NCBI RefSeq assembly: GCF_006345805.1
Contig: NC_042999.1
Coordinates: forward strand, 162,068,001-162,132,000
DNA: 64,000 bases
Reading direction: 5' to 3'
Source of the DNA: Octopus sinensis
Taxonomy: Eukaryota
The notes below the pieces were generated by a model. It made no database searches and had not been told where the DNA came from. It saw nothing but the letters and a program-made list of their open reading frames with translations. Each line of letters starts with the position of its first letter. Position 1 is the stretch's first letter. Below are positions 13,200-25,202 of the stretch, one piece after another. Both the position numbers and the translations under genes were made by a program.

Positions 13200-15800
13200 T
13201 GTGCTCTTCCAAAGGTATCAACTCCCTCCTTTACCTGTTTCCTCCATCCATGCCAATGGACAAGCATTGCTCACCCAGTTGGCCACCCGCATTTCACAGG
13301 TCTTTAACGAGGATTTTACACAGCCCTTAAATCACAGTCTTGATTTCTGCTGGTATCACTTTCTACTAACAAGTTCCCCACATAGAATCTGTTTAGAGCT
13401 CCTGCTGTCAGCCATTCTAACAAGGTGTCCAGTCCAACATAACCAGGATATTGGCTTTCCTCAGGACCTGTGTATCTGGAGATTTTAAGGTCCAGCCAAC
13501 ATTCAGAATCTCTCACACATCTCTGATGGAAGCGTTCAAGGACTTTTACATGATGTTTATAAAGGGTCCATGTCTCACATGAGTAAAGGAGCAATGTCAG
13601 TATACATGCATGGGACACAGCAATTTTTGTTTGCCTTGTGATGCCATGTTGGGGCCAGACACAAGACCCAATAGACTTGAAGGAATCAGTTGCTCTCTGC
13701 AGCCTGAATGATATTTCATCATCCAGGGGCAAGAATGGCTGAATGTGCTGCCCAGGTAGACAAACTTACTCACCACTTTCAGTATTGTTCCTTCAACCAA
13801 GATAGCTGGTTCCATACATGGGTTTCCTGGTGCAAGCTGGAACATTACAACAGTCATGTCCAGACTAATGCTGAGTCCAAATGCTGTGCAAGAAGCAGAA
13901 ATATGATTCACAAGAAATATGATTCAAGGCGGCGAGCTGGCAGAATCATTAGCGCGCCGGGCGAAATGCTTTGCGGCATTTCGTCCGCCGCTGCGTTCTG
14001 AGTTCAAATTCCGCCGAGGTCGACTTTGCCTTTCATCCTTTCGGGGTCGATAAATTAAGTACCAGTTACGCACTGGGGTCGTTGTAATCGACTTAATTCG
14101 TTTGTCCCCTCTATGTTTAGCCCCTTGTGGGTAATAAGAAAACAAATATGATTCACAAGTAATTGCATATCATCCATTTTATTAGTGACTGAGATTAGTC
14201 ATCTGCATAAAAGAGGTCACAAATAAAAGACTGGAAAACTTTGGAATTGGCAGCAAATCAATGCAGATTAAAAAGATGGCCAGAAGATCAATACCTAACA
14301 TATATCCCAAGAGAGCTGTCCAAAGCAAAAGCATGAATAAGAGAGAAAAGAGAGTTGGGGCAAGGATGTCACCCTGCTTGGCACCATTCTCTACAGGGAC
14401 GGGTCCCGCCATACTACCACCAACATTGACCCAAGCCTCCATCTCATCATGAAATGATTTGATTATTGATACAAAGTGATCTGGACATCCAAGTTTGCCA
14501 AGTATTTTCCATAGGGAGGCCCTATTCACAGTATCAAAGGCCTTGGTTAAATCAATGAATACCTGGACAAGATCCATATTCCATTCATAGCACTTCTCCT
14601 GCATCTGTCTTGCAGTGGAAATCAAATCCATCATTCCCATTACAGATCAGAAACCACATTGAGATTCAGTTAGGATATCATTTACAAGACACCTATTCAG
14701 GTGGGTAAGAAGAATACTTGCCAGAACTTTGCCAGCAGCTGATATTAAAGCAATACCTTGCCACACTCTACTCTGGCTCTCTTTCCTTTTTAGAGAGGAA
14801 GAATAATTGCATCCTTCCAGTCCTTAGGCATTGCACCATCGTTCCAGATTACACTAATAAGTTCGAGAAGGGACCATGTGATGTGATCACCACCAAATCG
14901 CAGGACCTCAACACAAATACCATCCTTACCAGTTGCCTTACCAAGATTCAATTTACTTATTGCTGTCATTATCTCATCTGCTGAGGGTGTGGAATTTAAG
15001 GAGCTAATGACAGGTCTTTGTTGCATAGTGTCAATCACTGATTCATACACAACTGACTCATGATTTAGGAGTTCAGAAAAATGTTCAATCCAGCAACCCA
15101 TGATCTCTGTTGATTTAGTAAACAGAGTAGAAGACACCTTGGAAAGCAAGGGAGTTGATGCAGAGATCTTAGGCCTATAAACTTGCTTCATAAGATGGTA
15201 AAGCTTCTTGAACATCCTGAACAGCCTGAACATCACAAGCAAGATCCTCCCACCAAGTGTTCTGCATCTTCAAGAGAGTTCGCTGCACTAGTAATTTTAC
15301 ACTGCTGTAGTGGGAAAGTGCTAGATTTCACTGCACAACTGAAAGTCTTTTGTCCAGTAATACGCTGAGGGCATGGCACTTTACAACCAGCAGTCACTGA
15401 ACTATGGCATCATTCTCATCAAACCAGTCTCTGTGTCTGGCAGTAGATTATTCCAGTGTTTCAGCAGCACATTGAAAGACCTGGTCTCCAAAATCTTCCT
15501 ACACTAGTATTTCCAATGGAGGAAAAACGATTCTGAAGCTCTTTCCTCACAACAGCATCATTTATCTTACGGACATTCAGATGCCAAGGAATGCCAACTG
15601 GCCCTCTTCTTTCTTTCATTCTGATCAACATCCGGAACTTTGCTCGCACCAGGCTGTGGTCTGTCCAGCACTCCAAACCTTGAAAGGACTTGACATTACA
15701 AATGTCATAGACATTACACTTGTGAATGAGGACGTAATCCAGCAAGTGCCAAACTTTAGATCTTGGGTGCATCTACACTGTTGTGTGATCACCTCCGCTT
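13200..15800 (-). mobile_element. Decayed RTE (BovB-like) LINE, endonuclease C-terminus and RT, interrupted by a SINE
   Basis: ORF fragments MHPRSKVWHLLDYVL, GKATGKDGI..E, FIDLTKAFDTVNR..LWKIL.K.GCP, GAKQGDILAPTLF and LLYSCETWTLY. Confidence 0.85.
13928..14140 (+). mobile_element. tRNA-derived SINE family B
   Basis: GGCGGCGAGCTGGCAGAA...GAGTTCAAATTCC (B-box-like)...AGCCCCTTGTGGG; further copies at 21868-22095, 32595-32825 and 49370-49600. Confidence 0.8.
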
Positions 15801-16074
15801 AAAATGAATGCTTGCGATGTCAAGTCTGTATTCCTTGCAAAGCTCCAGAAGCATAAGACCATTGCTGTTCATCTTCCCTATACCAAACTGTTGAAACACA
15901 CACACACACACACATATTTTCGTACATCATCCTGTAATGCACCTGGAAATATCATGAGTGATGTTTCCTGGGGTCATAAGGTGTTTTGGGCCTTTCACCA
16001 TCAAACACCCTCACCCATACACTCTGACCCGGCTAGGATTGATATATATGTGTGTGTGTATATATATATATATG

Positions 16075-19000
16075 TATGTTGCATGCAAGAAATAAGGTGG
16101 AGAGGAGGATCTGCTAGGTTCCTCACAGGCAAGGAACACAGGTACAAGATTTTCTGGGCAGGGAACACTGACGGGGTTGGTGGCGTGGGTATACTTATCG
16201 CTGAGAAATGGGTAGATAAAGTAATTGAGGTAATCAGAGTAAGTGACAGAATACTTAAGATTAGAATAGTGCTTCATCATAGATTAGCAACCATTATATC
16301 GGCCTATGCCCCTCAGCCAGGGCTACCCGATGGACAGAAAGACAGTTTCTATGACACCCTACTGCAGACCACCTCATTGACGAACGACAGGGACCTTCTC
16401 TTTGTGGCTGGTGATTTCAATGGGCATGTTGGACAACATGCTGGGGGCTTCCATGGCGTACATGGAGGCTACGGTTATGGTTCCCGCAACGAGGAGGGAA
16501 CCAGGCTGCTGGAGTTCTGCGATGCGAATAGTCTTATGGTTTGCAACACTAACTTCAGGAAACCGACAAGCCACCTGGTCACCTAACGATCGGGCCGGCA
16601 TACTAGCCAAATCGACTACATCCTTGCCAGAAAAAGGGAAAGATGGCTGCTTATAAATGCCAAAACCTTCCCAGGCGAAGAATGCACCCCACAACATAGA
16701 CTGGTAGTTAGTGACTTTAGGATCAGGACTAAGAGTGCGACTAGAAGACGACCAACATGGAGAAGAAGGGTCTGGAAGCTTAAAGACCCTGCGAATGGAC
16801 AGAGATTTAGAGACATGTTACTTGAAGCCTTTGACGAAATGGAAGGGGGTATAGCTACGCATGGGGTAGAAGACAACTGGACGCTTCTGAGGGACAACCT
16901 GCTGAAAGCCACTGACCAGATCTGTGGCTGGTGCAAAGTCCCCTTAAGACCCAAAATAACGTGGTGGTGGAACAATATTGTTGACAGGGCTATTAGACAA
17001 AAGAAACAGGCTTGGAAGGCCTGGAAGAACGGTGGTAACAGGGAAGTGTATCAGACTGCCAGAAGGGAAGCTAGGAGACAGGTTTATCTAGCCAGAGGGG
17101 AAGCAGATAAGAAAAAATTTGCCAATGTCCTGCGCCGAGAGGATGAAAGACTTGAGGTATTTCGTGTTGCAAGACAGTGTGTGAGAGAGAATCGTGTCGT
17201 GGTAGGAGAGAAATGTGTTCGCAAGGATGACGGTTCACTTCTGCTAAATGAGGATGCAAAGAGAGAGGCTTGGAGACGCCACTATGAAAGGTTGCTGAAT
17301 GAGGAAAATGAATGGGATAAAGAGAGTCTGCCGAATGTCGACCCAACAGAGGGACCAGCAATCCGAGTTAACAGTTCCTTAGTAGTTAAGGCAATTACAA
17401 GCATGAAAACAGGGAAAGCCCCAGGCCCATCAGGAATTACTGCAGAGATGCTCAAAATATCTGGTAGTGTCGGCTATAGCATAGTCACCCGTATAGTTAA
17501 CCAGGAGATACACGAAGGAGTCATACCCAATGACTGGTGTAGCAGCATAATAGTCAACTGCTACAAAGGTAAAGGTGACGCCCTAGATACAAATAACTAC
17601 AGGGGCATCAAGCTGCTGGATCAGGTAATGAAGGTTACGGAGAGGGTTATAGCCCAATTAATTAGAGAGAGAGTTAGCTTAGATGAGATGCAGTTTGGGT
17701 TCGTGCCAGGGAAAAGTACTACTGATGCTATATTCCTGGTAAGACAGCTGCAGGAGAAATACCTAGCCAAAGATAAGCCCCTGTACCTGGCTTTTGTTGA
17801 CATGGAGAAAGCCTTTGACAGGGTCCCTCAATCCCTTATCTGGTGGTCAATGAGGAAACTAGGGATAGATGAATGGTTAGTGAGAGCTGTGCGAGCCATG
17901 TACAGAGACGCTGCTAGTAAGGTGAGGGTTGGCAACGAGTACAGTGAAGAATTCCGGGTAGAGGTTGGGGTCCACCAAGGTTCAGTCCTCAGTCCTCTCC
18001 TATTTATCATAGTCCTCCAGGCAATAACGGAGGAATTCAAGACAGGATGCCCCTGGGAGCTCCTCTATGCTGATGACCTTGCTCTAATTGCTGAGTCACT
18101 ATCAGAACTGGAAAAGTTTCAGGTGTGGAAACAAGGATTAGAATCGAAGGGCCTTAGAATCAACCTAGCCAAAACCAAAGTCCTAATAAGTAGGAAGGTG
18201 GACCAATCACAAACGACTTCAGGTAGATGGCCCTGCTCGATCTGTAAAAAAGGTGTAGGTAGAAACTCTATAAGGTGCACCAAGTGTAAGCTATGGACAC
18301 ATAAGAGGTGCAGCAATGTCAAAGGAAGGCTAACTAGGAAAATAGTTTTTGTCTGTGGCAGATGCTCAGGAGCAATAAACACTGGAAATGTGCAGAGACC
18401 AACTTCTACCACGTTCCAGGGAGACAAACTAGAAGTAGTTGATAGCTTCCGCTACCTAGGTGACCAAGTCAGTAGCGGGGGTGGGTGTGCTGAAAGTGTA
18501 ACGGCTAGAGTAAGAATAGCCTGGGCAAAGTTTAGAGAGCTCTTACCCCTGCTGGTAACAAAAGGCCTCTCGCTCAGAGTAAAAGGCAGACTGTATGATG
18601 CATGTGTACGTACAGCCATGCTACATGGTAGTGAAACATGGGCCGTGACTGCTGAGGATATGCGTAAGCTCGCAAGAAATGAAGCCAGTATGCTCCGATG
18701 GATGTGTAATGTCAGTGTTCATAATCGACAGAGTGTAAGTACCTTGAGATAAAAGTTGAACCTAAGAAGCATCAGTTGTGGTGTGCAAGAGAGACGGCTG
18801 CGCTGGTATGGTCATGTGACGAGAATGGCTGAAGATAGTTGTGTGCAAAAGTGCTACACCCTAGCAGTTGAGGGAACCTGTGGAAAAGGTAGACCCAGGA
18901 AAACCTGGGACGAGGTGGTGAAGCACGACCTTCGAACTTTAGGGCTCACCAAGGAAATGACTAGAGACCGAGACCTATGGAAGTATGCTGTGCGTGAGAA

Positions 19001-19560
19001 GACCCGGCAAGACTAGTGAGGCCATAACCCGTGGCCCCTACCTGGGATGTAGTCAGTCCACCTGTGCATACCTTCCTTCTTGTGGACACTTGTGAAGACC
19101 TGTTGAGGCAAGTGAAAATCAAACCAAATCAAAATAGATGAACATCAATGGAATTTGTATCTTTGTGGTACCAGTGCCAGTGGCACATAAGAAAACCATC
19201 CGAACGTGGCCGTAGCCAGTACTGCATCGACTGGCCTCCATCCTGTGGGCACGTAACAAATACCATCCGAGCGTGGCCGTCTGCCAGCCTCGTCTGGCAC
19301 CTGTGTCGGTGGCACATAAAAACACCATCCGAGCGTGGCCGTTCGCCAGCCTCGTCTGGCACCTGTGTCGGTGGCACATGAAATCACCCACTACACTCTT
19401 GGAGTGGTTGGCATTAGGAAGGGCATCCAGCTGTAGAAACACTGCCAGATCTGACTGGCCTGGTGCAGCCTTCGGGCTCCCCAGACCCCAGTTGAACCGT
19501 CCAACCCATGCTAGCATGGAGAGCGGACGTTAAACGATGATGATGATGATGATGATGATA
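16075..19560 (+). mobile_element. Near-intact 5'-truncated RTE LINE (APE endonuclease, RT, PHD-like finger) with 3' UTR and (GAT)n tail
   Basis: QEIRWRG, GVGILI, VAGDFNGHVG and SQIDYIL (APE); FVDMEKAFDRVP, GVHQGSVLSP, LLYADDL and FRYLG (RT). In-frame stops at about 16584 and 18750. Confidence 0.93.
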
Positions 19561-19650
19561 TATATATAGGTGTTTGTAAACACAGTATCTAAAGCAAAAC
19601 ATTTGTGCAAGAATATAGATTTTAAATAACAAATACATATACACATAGAC

Positions 19651-20060
19651 ACAGGAGTGGTTGTGTGGTAAGTAGCTTGCTAACCAACCACATGATTCCG
19701 GGTTCAGTCGACTGCGTGGCATCTTGGGCAAGTGTCTTCTGCTATAGCCCTGGGCCGACCAATGCCTTGTGAGTGGATTTGGTAGACAGAAACTGAAAGA
19801 AGCCCGTCGTATATATGTATTATATATATGTATGTGTGTTTAGGTTTGTGTGTGTGTTTGTCCCCCTAGCATTGCTTGACAACCGATGCTGGTGTGTTTA
19901 CGTACCCGTCACTTAGCGGTTCGGCAAAAGAGACCGATAGAATAAGTACTAGGGCTTACAAAGAATAAGTCCCGGGGTCGATTTGCTCGACTAAAGGCGG
20001 TGCTCCAGCATGGCCGCAGTCAAATGACTGAAACAAGTAAAAGAGTAAAAGAGTAAAGAG
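19651..20060 (+). mobile_element. SINE family A
   Basis: Full consensus with central TA/TG microsatellite and (GTAAAAGA)n tail. Confidence 0.88.
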
Positions 20061-20416
20061 TATACACATATGTGCATAACCCAATAACTATAAACAGTTA
20101 TTTAAACACAGGTGAAATTTCTTAGATCTACTGATACTTGCACCTTTAATATAATCTTTAAGACGACATATTGTGAGATAAACTTGACCCTTCACACACA
20201 TATACATACTATCCTAAGGGTTTCCATAAAGGTTTTTTCTGCCCAATGTTACTTACAGGGCTATTGTAGAAAATATTTCCTGAAATATCAGATGCAGACA
20301 TAAAACCAAGAACTTGTTATAAAAGAATGAACTTGTGAGTTTATACACACCAATATTCATTCAACACACGTAGACAGACAATTCAATAATAAAGAATGAA
20401 GCCTGTTTTAACTTAC

Positions 20417-20511
20417 TTGCATTTTTCATCAGAAAACCTACATTTACCGTTGAGAAAGTACTGACAAGGAACCATGGTACGATGCATGGGATTACAGAAC
20501 ATAACTTCTAC
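20417..20511 (-). CDS. ZGPAT: ZGPAT coding exon 5, CCCH zinc finger (VEVMFCNPMHRTMVPCQYFLNGKCRFSDEKC)
   Basis: TTACAG| acceptor, AA|GTAAGT donor (phase 2). Together with exon 6 it forms C-x7-C-x6-C-x3-H. Confidence 0.93.
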
Positions 20512-20689
20512 CTGTAAGGTGAATTGAAACAATAACTAACAAAAGCTCATTCTACATACATATATGTATACATGCATAAATATGTGTGTGAACATATATA
20601 CAAGTATGAATGCGTGTAGATTGCTTACTTATACTTGACCCTGAATTCTGCTGTGCATGTGCACTAAGTTTTAGCATTCTAGCTCACTT

Positions 20690-21580
20690 CCATTGTTCAC
20701 AGCAGTGCTTGGAAGGAAGGTGTGTAGCATAAGATCGTTGCATTGGCCTATGTATGAGCTGTAAAAATGTCAATAATGATGAACGTTCTGGGAGACCTGC
20801 AACCAGCAGTATTGAGGAAAACATCGCAGATGTGCATGCAGCTGCGAGGGAAAATTATTGAATCACCATCCATAAGTTATCAGAGGATGTGCAGTTTAGT
20901 TACGGTTCAGTTCAGTCCATTATCACTGAAGATTTGGGTATGAGACATATGTCTGACAAGTTTGTGCCAAAACTGCTTTCAGATGACCAAAAACACGCTC
21001 TGCTTTCTGTCGCACAAGATCTTGATTGTGTCGAGAATGATGGAAACTTTTTGAAAACAGTCATAACGGGTAATGAATCATGGGTCTATAGCTATGACCC
21101 TAAAACAAAGGCTCAGTCTTCGCAGTGGAAGACCCCAACCTCTCCGAGATCAAAGCAATGTGAAGACACTGTTTTCTTCGAGTATGCTCCACCTGGTCAG
21201 ACAGTAAACAAGGAGTATTACCGTGACATTTTGAATTGTTTGCGGGATGCTATTTGTCAGAAAAGGCCACAACTGCATGTGTCTGGTGAGGGGCAATTGC
21301 ACCATGATAACGCACCTGCCCTTTCAGTGCAGCTTATGCAGCAGTTTTTGGCTAGGCACAGTATTCCCCAGGTCCAACAGCCACTGTATTCCCCAGATCT
21401 TGCCCCTTGCAACATTTTCCTCTTTCCAAAAATCAAATCTCGCTTGAAAGGAAGAAGATTTCGGGACGTTGAGGAAATCAAAGTGAATGTGATGAGACAG
21501 CAGCTGATTATCCCAGAAAATGAGTTCCAGGAATGTTTCCATCAATAGAAACAGTGCTGGATTAAGTGTGTGAGAAAATG
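20690..21580 (+). mobile_element. Decayed mariner (DD34D-type) transposase
   Basis: ITGNESWVYSYDP, LHHDNAP and YSPDLAPCNIFLFPKIK..LKGRRF motifs; internal deletions. Confidence 0.85.
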
Positions 21581-21867
21581 AGGATATATCATAACTATGA
21601 TACGGTATACAACTGAGTACATAAACGGAATGAAATAGATAACAGAGTAGATATCTAAAGAATGAAAAACAAGAACCTCGTGTCAGCTTGCCCTTATTTT
21701 TCTAGCAATGTCATTAAGCAACTCTCCTTAACTTTTCTAACAGTCACCAACCAGCTCTCCCTTACTTTTCTCGTAATACCACAAACCAGCTCTCCCTTAT
21801 TTTTCTAGCAGTGTCCAGCAAAGTGAATTCTTCTTTCTCTAAAAGGTAGATAAACACAATATCAACA

Positions 21868-22095
21868 CGGCGAGCTGGCAGAAACGTTAACGCGCCGGGC
21901 GAAATGCTTATCGGTATTTCATCTGTCGTTACTTTCTGAGTTCAAATTCCGCCATGGTCGACTTTGCCTTTCATCCTTTCGGGGTCGATAAATAAAGTAC
22001 CAGTTTCGCACTGGGGTCGATGTAATCGACTTAATCCGTTTGTCTGTCCTTGTTTGTCCCCTCTATGTTTAGCCCCTTGTGGGTAGTAAAGAAAT
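21868..22095 (+). mobile_element. SINE family B
   Basis: Matches 13928-14140. Confidence 0.82.
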
Positions 22096-22164
22096 ATAAA
22101 TATCAACACAAGTGTCTATGCAGCCTATGACTTCACCATCACCAACACAATAGCTGAAACTTAC

Positions 22165-22539
22165 CTTAGCAGGGGACATGGAATCGAAGGGCAACACATC
22201 TGTTATAAGAGCATTGTGACAGCCATACATGGCCCAAGAGGTATTGTAGGTAACACGGCATTTGGTTCCAACCAACTCCTGTAGTCTTTCAGTCAACTTT
22301 CTGTTTTCTTCTTCCTCTTCAGCCTCATCTTCCTCCTCCTCCTCCTCCTCATCATCATCATCATCATCATCCCCATTTTCCCTCTTGTCTGTTTCTTCAT
22401 CATGAAACTTTTCCTTCCTGTCAGCAATTTCACCTCTGACATCACTGGAAGAGTCTTCTGACTGTAATCTACTACTAGAAGAACCAACTGAGATATCTGG
22501 TGACAATTTTTTAAAGTTGACATCAGAGGAGAGTGAAGC
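22165..22539 (-). CDS. ZGPAT: ZGPAT coding exon 4 (acidic linker then LVGTKCRVTYNTSWAMYGCHNALIT)
   Basis: TTGCAG| acceptor, AAG|GTAAGT donor, 125 codons. GTK....Y.SW....HNA motif typical of ZGPAT. Confidence 0.92.
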
Positions 22540-22584
22540 CTGCAATTATAAAAGAGTATGCTTTAATTAATAATTAAAGAGAGG

Positions 22585-22975
22585 AACGCAGGAGTGGCTG
22601 TGTGGTAAGTAGCTTGCTAACCAGCCACATGGTTCCGGGTTCAGTTCCACTGCGTGGCATCTTGGGCAAGTGTCTTCTGCTATAGCCCCAGGCCGACCAA
22701 TGCCTTGTGAGAGGATTTGGTAGACGGAAACTGAAAGAAGCCTGTCGTATATATGTATGTGTGTGTGTGTGTTTGTGTGTCTGTGTTTGTGCCCCTAGCA
22801 TTGCTTGACAACTGATGCTGGTGTGTTTACATCCCCGTCACTTAGCAGTTCGGCAAAAGAGACCAATAGAATAAGTACTGGGCTTACAAAGAATAAGTGC
22901 CATGGTCGATTTGCTCGACTAAAGGCGATGCTCCAGCAAGGCCGCAGTCAAATGACTGAAACAAGTAAAAGAGTA
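22585..22975 (+). mobile_element. SINE family A
   Basis: Consensus match. Confidence 0.88.
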
Positions 22976-23254
22976 TGTGTATATCCTCATCATGGTTTCA
23001 ACAATCATTTTTCCATGCCTGCATGAGTCAGTTGGAATTCACTCAGGCAGACTTTCTACAGCCAGATGCCTTTCATGATGTCAACTTTCACTTCTTTCCA
23101 ACCAAGTAATATTTCCCTATGATCAAACATATTTTTACAGAAGTTTAGAAACAAATAACACAGCTTGTATGAGAGTGAGGCTCATTTACAACTATCACCT
23201 GTGAGTGTATGTGTATGTGTGTGTGTGTGTGTGTGTGTTGTGTGTATGTATGTG

Positions 23255-23306
<52 letters not shown>

Positions 23307-23309
23307 AAA

Positions 23310-23870
23310 TCTCTTTAAAGGAGACTATGGCAGCAGTACTGGATATTAATAGTTAACGTCAAGCTGACATAGCAGTCCAAGAAAATAGGACAAATGCTAC
23401 CATTGATTAAGCTCCGAGAGGCCATCGCCTCTAGCTAGCTATGTGACACACAAACCTGTGTCCATTATAACCTTCGAACAGGGGAGGTCAGCAGCTTCCC
23501 CTTGATGGTTTGACATCTACAGACTAGTTTCTGTGGATGTCATTTGCCCCTTATCAATGTGAAGTAGACGAACCCAACAGGTGTCACTACTGACCACCTG
23601 TTTGAAGGTTTATTTACTAATATTCAGTGGAATACATCCACTGGTTCTCAAAAATCAAAATGTTAATATTTCTAAATCTCTCTAAAAGAAACTACAGCAG
23701 GGGTACTGGATATTAATAGTTAATGCCAAGCTGACATGGCAGTCCAGGAAAATAGGATGAATGCTACCATTGATTAGCTCCAAGAGGCCATTACCTCTAG
23801 CTAGCTATGTGACACACAAACCTGTGTCCATTATAACCTTCGAACAGGGGAGGTCAGCAGCTCCCCCTCA
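23310..23870. repeat. About 185-bp direct repeat pair (about 23320-23505 and 23690-23870) with unique spacer, between (TA)n tracts
   Basis: Shared GTACTGGATATTAATAG...CTAGCTAGCTATGTGACACACAAACCTGTGTCC...GGGGAGGTCAGCAGC. Confidence 0.85.
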
Positions 23871-24107
23871 TATATACATATATATATATATATTATATGT
23901 AGAAAAAAAAAATATATATATATATATGCTTGTTAACAAAACTGTCCGACAAACAGGAACGTGAAAATCTGAGTAACAGCTTTTGTTATATTTCTGCTGC
24001 TTTTAAATAAAGCATATTACTCTACCTCTGGTATTTGAGTACTCTTTTTTCCACCTTGTTTCACATTTATGTGCTTACTTCAGTATGTATGTATGTATGT
24101 ATGTGTA

Positions 24108-24138
<31 letters not shown>

Positions 24139-24498
24139 ATGTATGTATGACAAGCTTCTTTCAATTTCTCTCTACCAAATACACTCATAAGATTTGGTCT
24201 GTCCAGCGCTTGAATAGAAGACACTTGTCCAAAGTGTTACACAATGAGACTGAACTTGAAACCATCTGGTTGAGAAGCAAACTTCTAAATCACACAGTCA
24301 TGTTTGTATATAAAATATGTGCAGTTCTAGCTTACATCAATTCATTTCTCAGAGTTTCATTTCCTTCGTCTTTGGACTCTTAAATCTGAAGACTGTTGAA
24401 CCACAAAAGGCATCAAAACTCTGAGTAATCTGAAAATCACCGTGAGTCAGATTCCCTTCCCTTATTCAATAGTAAGCTACATAAGACAAGGACATTAA

Positions 24499-24719
24499 CC
24501 CTTTTGTTACCAACCCGGCCAAAACCAGCTCTGGCTCTGTTGTACAAATGTCTTGTTTTCTTAAGGTTTCAATTATAATCTTCCACCAAACCTTAGTCAT
24601 AATTTATGTTCCTAATACAAGCTGAATGATAACTAAGTTATTTTACTAAATTCTTTGTTATATTTAAAGTAATTGAAAGAAACACAGAACATCTCAAAAT
24701 AAATACAGTAGCGAAAGGG
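24499..24719. mobile_element. piggyBac-type MITE (221 bp)
   Basis: TTAA TSDs (24495-24498, 24720-24723); TIR CCCTTTTGTTAC / GTAGCGAAAGGG. Confidence 0.8.
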
Positions 24720-25202
24720 TTAAAGACAATCTGTATTTCATTGTGTTTACCAGTCCGATTTCCTTCAATAATTCTTGCTCAAAATGTGCTTCTCTTGCTT
24801 TGGCAACACACTCTGTCTTTCATAGGATGAACTCATTTATGAAGCAGTCATACCAGAGCCTCTCCCAGGTTGACATAAATGGCAAGGCAGACAGCTGAAA
24901 ATGTAAACTAATACAATCAAGTTAGATTAATATCTGGTCCTCACACAGACAATATCTGCAGTTGCAATTATGACTGGCTTACAGTTTCACGTAGAACATC
25001 TATGATTGTCTTCTGTTTGAGATGCAGTTGATTTACTGATTGGAGCCAGTTCCACCTGTCCTGAGAATGCTGGCACAAGGACAAATTAGATTCTGTCACC
25101 AGCCCCAAAAAGTTTTTAAACATTACATACAACATTCCACCTGGTGCCTATAATACAGTTTACTTTGTCACAAGTATGAAGACTAGATCTCTTCTTGTAC
25201 AT

